A DNA stretch of 64,000 nucleotides from contig CP128815.1 of the NCBI GenBank assembly GCA_051546255.1, positions 558,001-622,000 on the forward strand. Direction: 5' to 3'. The translations under genes were made by a program, and so were the position numbers. The DNA comes from Meyerozyma guilliermondii. Taxonomy: Eukaryota. Below are positions 1 to 10,440 of the stretch, piece by piece. How positions within the stretch are numbered: the first letter of the stretch is position 1; each line of letters begins with the position of its first letter. The notes beneath the pieces are model-generated. The model made no database searches and had not been told where the DNA came from. It saw only the letters and a program-made list of their open reading frames with translations.

Positions 1-113
1 AGAGGGCTTATCCTCCTGAAATTGCCCAAGCTTATATCGAGGCTCGAGAGAATGCAGAGCAGATCTTGATCGACTCGTTCAAGAATCCTGATGAAGGAAA
101 GAAGGAAAAATGA
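1..113 (+). CDS. 3' end of an unidentified protein-coding gene (partial)
   Basis: Frame from nt 3 reads RAYPPEIAQAYIEARENAEQILIDSFKNPDEGKKEK then TGA at 111-113; protein-like composition; truncated by the window edge. Confidence 0.6.
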   Translation, partial: RAYPPEIAQAYIEARENAEQILIDSFKNPDEGKKEK

Positions 114-1049
114 ACAAAACAATTGAACTATAGCAAAATTCTAGCCGGAATTTAACCCGAATTTAACCACATGAACGTATAGTGCCCGCTTATAACCGTA
201 ACGTGTGACGGAAATACTCAAAACTTAATACTTAGTGCCCGGTTTATATACGTTTGTCTGACATTGTCCGCGAATAGATTATGTGCCACGAAAATCAATT
301 TATGTGTGCGAAAGATACGATAGAAAATGGTTGCAAAAAGAGTACATCTGGCACTAAAGGAATTATCGGAAGAGGGTAAGATAAGAATTTGGTGATCATT
401 GCATTGAGCTGCTTAAGGTTTAGCTCCAAAGAATTCATACAAGACATCAAGGACGTATAGATTCTCAAAATCATAAATTTTCGGTTGTGTCCGCGCATAT
501 TCTCAAAAAGTATAAGAGTTTCCGGTTATCGCGAATTTTATGAGAGTTTCCGGTCAATCCCAAAAGACTGATGAAAGAATGGTTGAAAGAGAAAACCGGT
601 AATAAAACTAGAGGTTGGTAGCATTAGGCTGCTCAAAATTCAAGAAACTCGTACAAGTCTGCTATACTCCTCGAGCATATCTCAAATCGGGTGTCTGTGT
701 AGACAACGATCTTAACTTTTTCCGGTAAATTCGCATAGTTCCCCTCTTAACTATATGATTCCAGTTCAAATTGTGTTTCGCACCGGAAAATCAGGGTCCT
801 AAAATTATTTGTGCGCAGCTATCTACGTGTGTCTGGTCGCGTCTACGCTTATATATATCAGGACTTCATTCCAAGTTATATACTCGGTTGTCAGATCACA
901 TACAATTGACGACGAAAGTGTGACAAACCTATAGTATATTGTAGCAAACTACTCATGTCTGAAAAATAGATACCAAACTGTCTCAATATTTTGAAGACCT
1001 TGTTGAATAAAACTTGTCATCTCTATTGTAAGGTTTTCCTTATGTACAG

Positions 1050-3881
1050 CTATTTACAGTGGACAACCTTGTCACATCTTTGGCAAAGACTATCCTCTTT
1101 CGGTGCAACGTATTTCCAGCATCTTGGACATTTATGGTCGGTACATTTGCTAATTTTCACCATTAAACCATCGTATTCACTTTGATCAATTATAGTGTCT
1201 GTATCTTTACCCAAAGTTACTTTGGACACTAGCATATAATTGTCTAGGTGTGCTTGAAGCTGGGTCAAAGTATCGTACAATTGACCACTTCCACTGATGA
1301 AAATTTGCAATTCAAGCTTATTCTTGACTTCCATATTGGTGCGAATGTCTTCCAATCTTCGGTAGATGTGGTCTCTGAGGCCGTAAATTTGCCTGAATTC
1401 TTCTTCGATTTCACTCGAGACAAAGTGTTCTGGAAGAGCAAATGTCTTGTTCCATTCAGCAAGAAATGGAGATTCTGGTAAATTATGGTCGATTTGAGAA
1501 AATTCATCCCACACCTCTTGGACCAATATAGGCTGTATAGGTGCAAGCATGCCAACATAAACCTTGAGAATCTCGTACAACACTGTCTGGACACCTTGGC
1601 GTTGCTGTGAGTCGACAGCGTCAGTATAAAGGCAATCTTTCATCATATCGAAATACTTTGAACTGAGATCTGCCATATGGCCATTAATGGTTTGTACAAC
1701 TTTGGAGTAATTGTGCTTCGAGTAGCTTTCGTTGACGGCTTTCTGAGTATGGTAAAGCTGGGATAATTGTAGACGATCGAGTCTGGAAAGATTTTCGAGT
1801 TCAAGTGGTCCAGAAAATCCTGCCAAATTTCCCAATAAAAATTTCATGGTGACTCTCAACTTTTTGACGTTTTCATGCACACGAGACAAGACTTCAGGGG
1901 TCACATTGACGTCCAGGGTGTAGTTACTGGAAGCGACCCACAACCGTAAACCATCAACACCAATTTTGGGAAGCATGGGTTTTCCACCTCCATTCATCAC
2001 ATGACTGGGCACAATGACATTACCCTTTGATTTGGACATTTTATCGTTCTTTCCGTCAAGAGTGAACCCGTGGGTAATCACCTTTCTGAAAGGAGCTTGA
2101 GGTTCAAAAATTTCATCTTTTCCAGAAGCAATCACCTTGTTGAGTAAAGACGACTGAAACCATCCGCGATGTTGGTCGCTTCCCTCGAGATACACATCGG
2201 CGATTTCGTTGCCAAGATCTGTCCACGACGTCCCAGAATCAAACCAAACATCCATAGTGTCGGTTCCTTTCTTGTACAAATTACCATCGTATTTTTCCGG
2301 AATCCATCTTTGGATATTTGACTCTTCCGCAAACCACTCATCGGTGCCAAACTCTTCTATGCGCTTAACAATGTATTCCACCACTTCAGGGTTGTCCAAT
2401 GCTTCGCCATTCTGGCTATATACAATCGGAAGCGGAACTCCCCATGCTCGTTGGCGAGAAATGCACCATTCGTTCCGGTTGCGAATGAACAGTGAAAGAC
2501 GATTGATACCATTTTCTGGCACAAAAGTCACGTTTTTCAAGCTATCTTCTGCTGCCTGCTTGACCTTTTCCACATTCACAAACCACTGTGGAGTGGCACG
2601 TTGAATAACCGGAGCTTTGGACCGCCAGTCGTAGGGGTACGAGTGCTGGTATTTTTTGTCAATGTGGAAAATCATTCCCCATTGCTCAAGAAGTCCGATA
2701 ACTTTCCATATTCCTTCTGGCTTGTTAGCGGCAAGCCCACGCACACTGGCGTACTGTTCTGGGCAATTTTCTGTGATAAACTGGCCTCTTCCGTCGACAA
2801 CAGATGCAATTTTCAAATTGTTGGATCGACCAATCAAGTAGTCTTCCATACCATGAGCTGGAGCAGTGTGTACGAGACCCGAGCCCGCCGTGGCAGTTAC
2901 ATGAGATCCATGTAGCACCGGAAACAGGTCTTGGGATCCTGGAACAAAATAGGACATTCCTATCAAATCTTTTCCAGAAATTAGGATGTCAGTTTCTTCA
3001 TAGTCAGAATTTAATTTGAGCAACTCTTCGGCTCTATCCTTTGCAACTATCAATCTCTCGCCCATGCCCTGTAAAATAGTGTAGAGCAAACCCTCATGCA
3101 CACAAATAGCCTTGTTTCCAGGAATTGTCCACGGCGTGGATGTCCATATCAAGAGCTTGAGATCATCCCCAATTTTAATTTTGTCTTTTAGATATTCAGC
3201 ATTCTTGACAGGAAACTTGACATACACAGCCACCGACCTGTGGTCTCGGTACTCCAATTCCGCCTCGGCTAGCGCAGTTTGGGACTCGCAACTCCACCAC
3301 ACCGGTTTCAGCTGACGAGACAAAAGCTTATTTTTCACCAACTTTTGGAACACCTGGAGCTGTCTGGCCTCGTACTCACGCAGCATCGTTATGTATGGAG
3401 CGGAAAAGTCCGTCATGATTGCAAACTGACGAAATTGTTGTCTCTGTCTGTCGATCATTGTCTCTGCGAGATTTCTGCAAAGCTGACGAATTTCTGTACT
3501 TGATAAGTTTCTAGTTTCATCTTCTTTTCGTGCTTCCGCAAGTGCCTTCTGCTCGATAGGAAGACCATGACAATCCCAGCCGGGCCGATAAATAATTCGA
3601 CGGTTATTGCGAATCAACTCAAATCTGTTGATGATATCTTTGAGAATTTTATTGAGCGCATGGCCCATATGAAGGTCCCCGTTGGCGTAGGGAGGTCCGT
3701 CGTGCAATACAAACTTTTTTCGATCGAGCAATTGGGCTTGTTGCTGATATACATCGTCACTGGATGATTTTATCAACCGGTTCAAATTGTCCGAATCGGG
3801 TATTTTTGGCCCAAACCGGGTTTTGGGGAGGTGGAGGGTAGACGAGTACGACTTATGTCGTATGGAGGACCTTATGGACAT
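1050..3881 (-). CDS. ISM1: Mitochondrial isoleucyl-tRNA synthetase
   Basis: Class I aaRS motifs LHDGPPYANGDLHMGH (HIGH), GWDCHGLP, WTSTPWT, EGSDQHRGWF, KMSKS, C-terminal CPRCW...CQRC zinc site; bacterial/mitochondrial type. Confidence 0.95.
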   Translation of the reverse strand: MSIRSSIRHKSYSSTLHLPKTRFGPKIPDSDNLNRLIKSSSDDVYQQQAQLLDRKKFVLHDGPPYANGDLHMGHALNKILKDIINRFELIRNNRRIIYRPGWDCHGLPIEQKALAEARKEDETRNLSSTEIRQLCRNLAETMIDRQRQQFRQFAIMTDFSAPYITMLREYEARQLQVFQKLVKNKLLSRQLKPVWWSCESQTALAEAELEYRDHRSVAVYVKFPVKNAEYLKDKIKIGDDLKLLIWTSTPWTIPGNKAICVHEGLLYTILQGMGERLIVAKDRAEELLKLNSDYEETDILISGKDLIGMSYFVPGSQDLFPVLHGSHVTATAGSGLVHTAPAHGMEDYLIGRSNNLKIASVVDGRGQFITENCPEQYASVRGLAANKPEGIWKVIGLLEQWGMIFHIDKKYQHSYPYDWRSKAPVIQRATPQWFVNVEKVKQAAEDSLKNVTFVPENGINRLSLFIRNRNEWCISRQRAWGVPLPIVYSQNGEALDNPEVVEYIVKRIEEFGTDEWFAEESNIQRWIPEKYDGNLYKKGTDTMDVWFDSGTSWTDLGNEIADVYLEGSDQHRGWFQSSLLNKVIASGKDEIFEPQAPFRKVITHGFTLDGKNDKMSKSKGNVIVPSHVMNGGGKPMLPKIGVDGLRLWVASSNYTLDVNVTPEVLSRVHENVKKLRVTMKFLLGNLAGFSGPLELENLSRLDRLQLSQLYHTQKAVNESYSKHNYSKVVQTINGHMADLSSKYFDMMKDCLYTDAVDSQQRQGVQTVLYEILKVYVGMLAPIQPILVQEVWDEFSQIDHNLPESPFLAEWNKTFALPEHFVSSEIEEEFRQIYGLRDHIYRRLEDIRTNMEVKNKLELQIFISGSGQLYDTLTQLQAHLDNYMLVSKVTLGKDTDTIIDQSEYDGLMVKISKCTDHKCPRCWKYVAPKEDSLCQRCDKVVHCK

Positions 3882-4129
3882 AGTTCAACTGAAGCGAAGC
3901 GAAGTTGAACTGAAAGCTGATATAGCGAATGTTGAGATCAAAGTGAGATTTAATGAGAAAGTGAAAAATGCGAAATGAAATTGAAAATGAGAAATGAGTA
4001 GTGAGAATGGAAAATCTGATTCAGTGTAAGTCAACTACACTGGTCGTATTGGACTCCTGCGAAGTCCATACTCTTTCCTGACAACATTTTCATGTCTATA
4101 CAGTAATAAATACACTTTTGCTATAAATA

Positions 4130-5693
4130 TCACGCCTTAATGTTCTTGACCATCTCGATGTACTTCTCAGTGGAGAACGACTTTGGTCTCTCAATAGACA
4201 TACCGAGACCACGGTCCAAGATCAATTGAGGCAACACACCGAATGCTCTGGAAACACCGAACAAAACAGTGTAGAAAGATTCCTCAGTCAAACCATAGTA
4301 TTGCAACAAAACACCAGAGTGAGAGTCCACATTAGGCCATGGGTTCTTGGTCTTTCCGTGCTTGGTCAACACACCAGGAGCAACCTCGTAAATGTTGGAA
4401 ACCAACTTGAACAATTCGTAGTCTGGCATGTGCTTCAAGGCAAACTCACGTTGAGCGGTGTAACGAGGGTCGGTCTTTCTCAAAACAGCATGTCCGTAAC
4501 CTGGAACAACTCTTCCAGCGTTAAGAGTTTCCCACAAGTACTTCTCAATGTTCTCCTTGGAGTAGTCTCCGTTCAATTCCTCTCTCATCTTGAACAACCA
4601 TTCCAACACTTCTTGGTTAGCACGTCCGTGCAAAGGACCAGCCAAACCATTCAAACCAGCAGCCAACGACAAGAAAGGCGAAGACAAAGCAGAACCAACC
4701 AAGTGGGTGGTGTGGGCGGAAACGTTACCACCTTCGTGGTCGGAGTGGATGGTCAAGTACAATCTCATCAACTCGACAAATTCGGAGTTTTCACCGAAAC
4801 CCAACAAGTTGGCCAAGTTGGCACCGTAGTCCAATTTGGGGTCAACAGCTGGCAATTTTCCGTCGTGGAAAACGTTTCTGTAGATTCTGGCAGCAATGTT
4901 AGGCAACTTGGCCAACAAGTCAATCGAGTCCTCATAAGTGTATTTCCAGTACTCGGTCTTGTTCACACCCTTAGCGTAAGCCTTGGCAAATTGAGATTCC
5001 GACTCCAATGCGGTAACGGCAATGGAGAATTGAGCCATTGGGTGCAAGTGAGAAGGAGAACGGTCGATCAACTCCTCAACGTGCTTTGGCAAACCGGATC
5101 TAGCAGCCAATTCCTCAGAAAGAGCCTTGGTTTGAGCCTCCGATGGAACCTCACCGGTCAACAATAACCAAAACAAAGCTTCTGGAAGGGGCTCCGAGCC
5201 ACCTGGACCCTTGGGCAACTCCTTCTGGATGTCAGGAATGGTTCTACCACGGAAACGAATACCCTCAATTGGGTCCAACACCGAACCTTCCCACACCAAA
5301 CCCTTGATTCCACGCATACCACCATAAGCTTGTTCCAAGAGCACCTCACCAATCACGGTCTTGCCGTGTTCCTTCTTCAATTGCTTGACCTCCTCAGCCT
5401 TTTGGGGGAGAATCTCGGCCAACCGGGCTTTAAGAGTCTGAGTTAGTAAATTCACATGAAAAATAAAAAAACGAAGAAATGTGAAAATCACCAAAAAAAA
5501 CGGCGATTAAGATTACCGGGAAGTCTCAGGCAGCCACAACAACCATTTTCTTCCTAATTGACCAAAATAAAACAAAAGTTTTTTACATCCTCGGCTCGTC
5601 GACAGTACTTACGGGCTCGGAAGTAGCATAGCTTCTAACACCAAGTGCGGCACGCTTGGCCACTGAGTTCTGGAGTGAACGAATAGCAGACAT
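4130..5693 (-). CDS. CIT1: Mitochondrial citrate synthase, two exons (5693-5613, 5437-4130), 462 aa
   Basis: [23 protein letters not shown] and NVDSHSG motifs. Exon 1 encodes presequence [27 protein letters not shown] and splices in frame to TLKARLAE. Confidence 0.96.
5438..5612 (-). other. Spliceosomal intron of CIT1 (175 nt)
   Basis: Minus strand GTAAGT ... TACTAAC-T-CAG; removal restores an in-frame ATG-initiated protein. Confidence 0.92.
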
Positions 5694-5749
5694 CTCTATA
5701 ATATTTCGATAGGTTCAGAAAAGGAAAACTATTCAAAATCCTGAATTCC

Positions 5750-6320
5750 GTGGGGATCCGGCAACTTTTATATAGCGGTATGCACCTCCCGAGCCTGTGC
5801 GTTACCCGGTTTCGCCCCGGCCAATCACAGCGGGAATCTGCGCGGCGTGCGCGCACCACCGGTAAACCTCGGACTGAATATGCGTGTGATAGAAAGATCC
5901 GATTGGCCATTGTCGGTCCTATGCTTTTGGCCACGCATCAGTAGAGTGCCAGTATGTTTCTTCAGGCCAATTCTGCTACTACAAGAAATTCGATCCTCGG
6001 AAATTGACTTCCCGGCGCAATATCGGAACCGGGGTTTCGGGCCTAACCCCAGATTTCGGAGTGCGAATTGCACTTACCGATGACGTAATGGTGTGTTCGG
6101 ATCTGCATGCCAAATTTTCAATAATTTTCACCGCAAAATTTGACTCGAATCTCATTACCGCTTTAGTTTCCGGTCCTAATCTGATCTGTTTTCCGGCTCC
6201 AAAGTATACAAAACATTGCGTCGGGCGCATGGTTACGGACATCCGGAACTAAATCTCCGTTCCTGCGCGCGTTCGGGGTTAGTTGCGTGCATGCCGGATC
6301 CGGGGTGCGCCAGACGATTT
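5750..6320. promoter_or_regulatory. CIT1 upstream regulatory region with CCAAT boxes and many CGG/CCG triplets
   Basis: CCAAT/ATTGG at 5821, 5902 and 5967 (Hap2/3/4/5 type); TGACGTAA at 6081; dense CGG/CCG triplets typical of Zn2Cys6 factor sites. Individual factor assignments are inference. Confidence 0.55.
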
Positions 6321-6514
6321 ACCGATCGAGTTCCGCGAATAGGAGCCAAGACTTGCTCCGACAATTGTATTGGAACCGAAAAAAAATGATCGTAACCAAT
6401 GACCAGTGATCAACAATATGATCAGTCTTATACAAAGCCATGCAAACACATAACTCAATTTCGTTAATACTTTCTTATTCTCTCTTTCTCTCTTTCTGCA
6501 CCCGAACACCCGCA

Positions 6515-6528
6515 GCTCATCTCATCGC
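6515..6528. promoter_or_regulatory. Double PAC (ribosome biogenesis) element upstream of YVH1
   Basis: GCTCATC overlapping CTCATCGC (reverse complement of GCGATGAG). Confidence 0.65.
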
Positions 6529-6544
6529 CTCACTCTTTCACCAC

Positions 6545-7528
6545 ATGCTTCATCGTATTCTTGGAGGCATCTACCTCTCTTCTTACGAGCCATTGAGGAG
6601 CAACGAAAATCTCGATGCATACAATATAACACACATTCTTTCGGTGGTTCCTGGACCAATTCCAGAATCATATACTACAAAGTACCAGTGGAAACAAGTT
6701 CCAATTCTTGATCTTCCAACGGAAAATATCATTCAATATTTCCCAGAATGCAATGATTTCATAGACAGGGCTTTGTTTCCTGAAGGAAAACAGCCTGGTG
6801 TCACTCAACATGGCGGAGCAGTGCTTGTGCATTGTCAAGAAGGTGTTTCGAGATCGGTGACAGTGGTGATGGCATACTTGATGTACCACTACAAGCTCTC
6901 TGTTCTGCAATCTCTACATGCTGTCAAGCGACGGAATGGTGCTGCAGAGCCTAATACGGGCTTCATGGAGCAGCTCCAGTTGTATTTTGACATGAACCTC
7001 ACTCTAGACACAAATAATCCCGACTACAAAAAGCTCTTGGTAAACTTGAATCTTCGCAAAGATCCCAGCGGAAAATCACTTATGGACATCTATGGAAGCA
7101 ATACCAGCCCCCAGGACACTCCAAAAGTTCATAATGCTCAGCTAAGGTGCAAGCGCTGCCGGCAGGTACTTGCCTTGAGCTCACAAATCGAAACTCATGT
7201 ACCACCAGAAGCTGATTCTCGCCAAGCTCAATTCATAAAAACAGCCCCAAATTCTCGTCGAATCATCGATGTGAAGCCAGCGTCTCCATCGTGCTCGCAT
7301 TACTTTCTTACGGAGCCTTTGAACTGGATGAAAGACGAACTTCAAGGAAAGGGAGAATTAGATGGGAAGTTTCAGTGCCCTAAATGTAATAGCAAAGTCG
7401 GAGGATATAGCTGGAAAGGTACTCGGTGTTCATGTGGAAGGTGGATGATCCCAGCTTTGCATGTGCAAACTGCAAAAGTGGACTTTGTGAAGACAGGAGG
7501 AAGCCAAAAACTTGTAATAGGTGAGTAG
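6545..7528 (+). CDS. YVH1: Dual-specificity phosphatase / 60S maturation factor Yvh1
   Basis: VHCQEGVSRS catalytic motif plus C-terminal zinc domain (CKRC, CSH, CPKC, CSCG). The ATG at 6545 (MLHRILGGIYLS) is preferred over 6440. Confidence 0.93.
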   Translation: MLHRILGGIYLSSYEPLRSNENLDAYNITHILSVVPGPIPESYTTKYQWKQVPILDLPTENIIQYFPECNDFIDRALFPEGKQPGVTQHGGAVLVHCQEGVSRSVTVVMAYLMYHYKLSVLQSLHAVKRRNGAAEPNTGFMEQLQLYFDMNLTLDTNNPDYKKLLVNLNLRKDPSGKSLMDIYGSNTSPQDTPKVHNAQLRCKRCRQVLALSSQIETHVPPEADSRQAQFIKTAPNSRRIIDVKPASPSCSHYFLTEPLNWMKDELQGKGELDGKFQCPKCNSKVGGYSWKGTRCSCGRWMIPALHVQTAKVDFVKTGGSQKLVIGE

Positions 7529-7822
7529 AATGAGAAGAGTCGCAAGGAGACAAGTCGTAAGTAGGCAAGTAGACTTCGAACCGTAAAATACATGAAAGTA
7601 GTCAATACTTGAAACCAGTCAGCACATAAGTCAACTTCGTAAAAGGCTCTTCTCTCGTCTGGATAGTATATCATTATTGCTCTTGGCAATTTAAATCACT
7701 CATGGTGTAGTCTCGTGGACCTAAGACCTCAGTATAGATAGCACTTTAATCAGAGTACACCCTAAAAGAGTCTTTTCAGTCAATAGTGGTTTTGTTTCCT
7801 TTCCATCAATAGTGATTTTTGT

Positions 7823-8599
7823 TCATCCCTCCTCCTCCTCCATTTGTGGCTGAATAATGCCAATTTCCGACGCAAAACTATGATCCTCCTGGTACTCCAC
7901 TTCGTCTGCCATAAACCCCTCGTCTTCATTGAGCAAGTCCCCAAGATGGGGCGCAATTGGTTCTTCTTCATTATCGATTTCGTCATCTTCAGTGACAAAG
8001 GTCCCATTACTGGAATTCAATTCGTCCATGTTGGGCACTCCAGCATCCAAATCAATTGAAGAGCCCATATCATTGCTCCTAGACATCATATTTGAGTTGG
8101 AGTTGGAGTTGATTTGTGAATCAGTGTTATTCATCATGTCTTCATTTGCCAATTCTCCACCTTCAACTGCCCCATTTGGTCTCCTTAAATGTTCTCCAGG
8201 CACATTTTCCGCCATATGGGTGATTTCCGGCTCATCGTCTTCGTCTCCACCAACATTGTGAGCTCTTTCGGCGTCAATTTGTCGCATGGTTTTCTTCAAC
8301 CCTATTGGAATTAAGCTAGTATATCCAGTATTTCGGATCCTCTGAATCCGTTCTAGCTTTCTGTGTGTTTGTGGAGGCAAATTGGCCCCTCGAGTACCCT
8401 CCTGGGTCGATATGGTGTACTCTAATTGGTATAAACTGGCACCTGGATATTCAGCAGAATAGGCCAGAAGTGGTGGAGCGTATAACGAACGATGGTTATG
8501 ACCACTTTTGTGTTCCTCGTCGCCATTTTTGTAAAGCCCGTTCTCGGGAGTTCTCCAAAGCGAATACAAATCGGTGGAAAGCACCGATGGAGAGTACAT
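7823..8599 (-). CDS. MND2: APC/C subunit Mnd2/Apc15-like
   Basis: RIRNTGYTSLIPIGLKKTM resembles the Apc15 signature; acidic tail; adjacent to YVH1 as in S. cerevisiae. Confidence 0.75.
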   Translation of the reverse strand: MYSPSVLSTDLYSLWRTPENGLYKNGDEEHKSGHNHRSLYAPPLLAYSAEYPGASLYQLEYTISTQEGTRGANLPPQTHRKLERIQRIRNTGYTSLIPIGLKKTMRQIDAERAHNVGGDEDDEPEITHMAENVPGEHLRRPNGAVEGGELANEDMMNNTDSQINSNSNSNMMSRSNDMGSSIDLDAGVPNMDELNSSNGTFVTEDDEIDNEEEPIAPHLGDLLNEDEGFMADEVEYQEDHSFASEIGIIQPQMEEEEG

Positions 8600-8707
8600 C
8601 TAAATTGTAATCAACAGTATAATCGCACTATTGATCAAATGCGAAAATCGTTAGTTAGATTACGGGTGTACGGGTGTATATGCAAGTTTGCAACCTAGTT
8701 GCAGCCA

Positions 8708-9970
8708 TTAGTCTTCGTCACTATCTAAAGTGTATTCGGCAATGATATCCTTATCGCTCAAGGGCCATCGGAACGAAGGTGCGTCTCCAATTGTGACGGT
8801 ACAGCCGTAACAAAGGTCAATTTGTTCACCAACATCTTCTTTTTTATCGGCCCCAATTTCTCCAGATTCTTCAGAATTGTTTTCCACTTTTTCATTTTCA
8901 GCAACAGTGATCCTCCTGAGCCATTGGTGCGGGTCTTGGCGAATCTCAACTCCACACACTTTACAGGTGCCAGATTTTGTGCCCACTGTTGGAGCCGCCA
9001 ATTTGGCTGCCGTGCGAACAACCGTAGATGCTGTAGAAGAGTAGCCCGTAGCATCCAATTGACGAAAGTACTGAGCGGTAAGCCCTCTCACGGTCTTGTT
9101 CTTGTTAATTACTGGGTCTGGGATTGTCAGACTCATGACAACGGAATCTAGTTTGGCCAACTTACAATATGCCTCAATCTCGCCCATTAGAACATCACGA
9201 AGTGGATACTTTACATTGATAGTTTGGCCCGAAATTTCTTCTGTGTGGTCCAATACAGAGCTGTGGATGGTGCTTCCTCGACCCTTGATTGTCAATGCTA
9301 AAACTTCGTCGGCAAGACGAGTCATGCTATGGCCATAAAGTAGGGTTCCACACTGATGAGTAATTGCCGTTTTTAGTAGCAATTCGTTCAAGATTATCAG
9401 CAACAAATCTTCCTCGGAGCTTTTACTATTGCACCCTTTGAGTATATCGTTGATATTGGTTCCTTTATTCAACGGAATACTGTATGATGAGAAATCAGAT
9501 GCAACTTTTATATGATGAAGAAGTCGTCCATCAACATACATGTCGTAATCTAGCGAGACAAAATCGATATCCACAGGCAAATATCTCGATTTTAATTCGC
9601 TTATTATATCTTGAAAACTCTTATCGAGCTTCAACCTCTCTCTTTCGTCAACATTCACCACCGTCAATGCAAAGCCCTGTCGTCCCCCATGCTGTCCAGC
9701 TTGCTCCTGAAGCAACGACGCGACCGCATCGAGCAACACGAGCGACGAGGAGCCTCCAGAAAGAGCCAAAAGCACTCGATGAGGATTTTCCACCGTTTTA
9801 TACTTCACCTTGTAAGCCTCATCTTGCATCAGTCGGCGCTGTTTTCCTCTTATAAAACGAATAAAACAGTCTCCACAGTAGTTTTCCCGCCTCGCCAACA
9901 ACACAGCATCCTTCGTAGAACACCGCTGACACGGCGTTTTGTCGCTGATATATTCCACTGCTAGTGACAT
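8708..9970 (-). CDS. NCS2: Cytoplasmic tRNA 2-thiolation protein 2 (Ctu2)
   Basis: N-terminal CxxC...Cxx[32 protein letters not shown]-like CCGATGAGC at 9985-9993. Confidence 0.92.
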   Translation of the reverse strand: MSLAVEYISDKTPCQRCSTKDAVLLARRENYCGDCFIRFIRGKQRRLMQDEAYKVKYKTVENPHRVLLALSGGSSSLVLLDAVASLLQEQAGQHGGRQGFALTVVNVDERERLKLDKSFQDIISELKSRYLPVDIDFVSLDYDMYVDGRLLHHIKVASDFSSYSIPLNKGTNINDILKGCNSKSSEEDLLLIILNELLLKTAITHQCGTLLYGHSMTRLADEVLALTIKGRGSTIHSSVLDHTEEISGQTINVKYPLRDVLMGEIEAYCKLAKLDSVVMSLTIPDPVINKNKTVRGLTAQYFRQLDATGYSSTASTVVRTAAKLAAPTVGTKSGTCKVCGVEIRQDPHQWLRRITVAENEKVENNSEESGEIGADKKEDVGEQIDLCYGCTVTIGDAPSFRWPLSDKDIIAEYTLDSDED

Positions 9971-10085
9971 GGTGCGATGCGATGCCGATGAGCCCTCGGA
10001 ATCTATGGGCTAAGTGTGGGTGTTTGGCTGTTTTTCACCACCGCCCCACATTATCGATCGCATTGACCGGAAGTAGGTGAAAACT

Positions 10086-10415
10086 ATGGAGCCCCCAAAA
10101 GATTCAGATTCCGTGGAGATGGACAAGTCCAAAGTCGATTTTACTCTGGGCGGCGTGGACAAGTTCAAATTTTATCCTGATAACCCTGAAAATCACAGAC
10201 ACAAATATCGGTTTTCGATGAAAGAACCTTCCAAGTACTATGATCCATGTGAGGAAACTAGACAAGCTTCTATAAATTGTATGATACGGAACCCAGAAGA
10301 CAAAAAGACAGTATGCCAGGACTTTTTCGATGCCTATAAGGAATGTAAACGAGACTTTTTCAACAAAAAACGACAAGATAAACGGGAAGGAAAGAAAGGC
10401 TGGGGTGCATGGTGA
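10086..10415 (+). CDS. COX23: Twin CX9C mitochondrial intermembrane-space protein Cox23
   Basis: FYPDNP, KEPSKYYDPC-x9-C, CQDFFDAYKEC; first ATG at 10086. Confidence 0.9.
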   Translation: MEPPKDSDSVEMDKSKVDFTLGGVDKFKFYPDNPENHRHKYRFSMKEPSKYYDPCEETRQASINCMIRNPEDKKTVCQDFFDAYKECKRDFFNKKRQDKREGKKGWGAW

Positions 10416-10440
10416 AATAAATATTATAGGAATTACATAG

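Noticed and set aside
4121..4135. Cryptic peroxisomal (PTS1) readthrough isoform of citrate synthase
   Set aside because: TGA is followed by TAT TTA TAG; neither the normal end (IKA) nor the readthrough end gives an SKL-like signal.
4226..5167. 313-aa ORF antisense to CIT1
   Set aside because: Shadow of strong codon bias in a highly expressed gene; non-ATG start and no recognisable motifs.
5438..5494. ORF-track N-terminus [10 protein letters not shown]... of CIT1
   Set aside because: Intron sequence with a non-ATG start; the real exon 1 is at 5693-5613.
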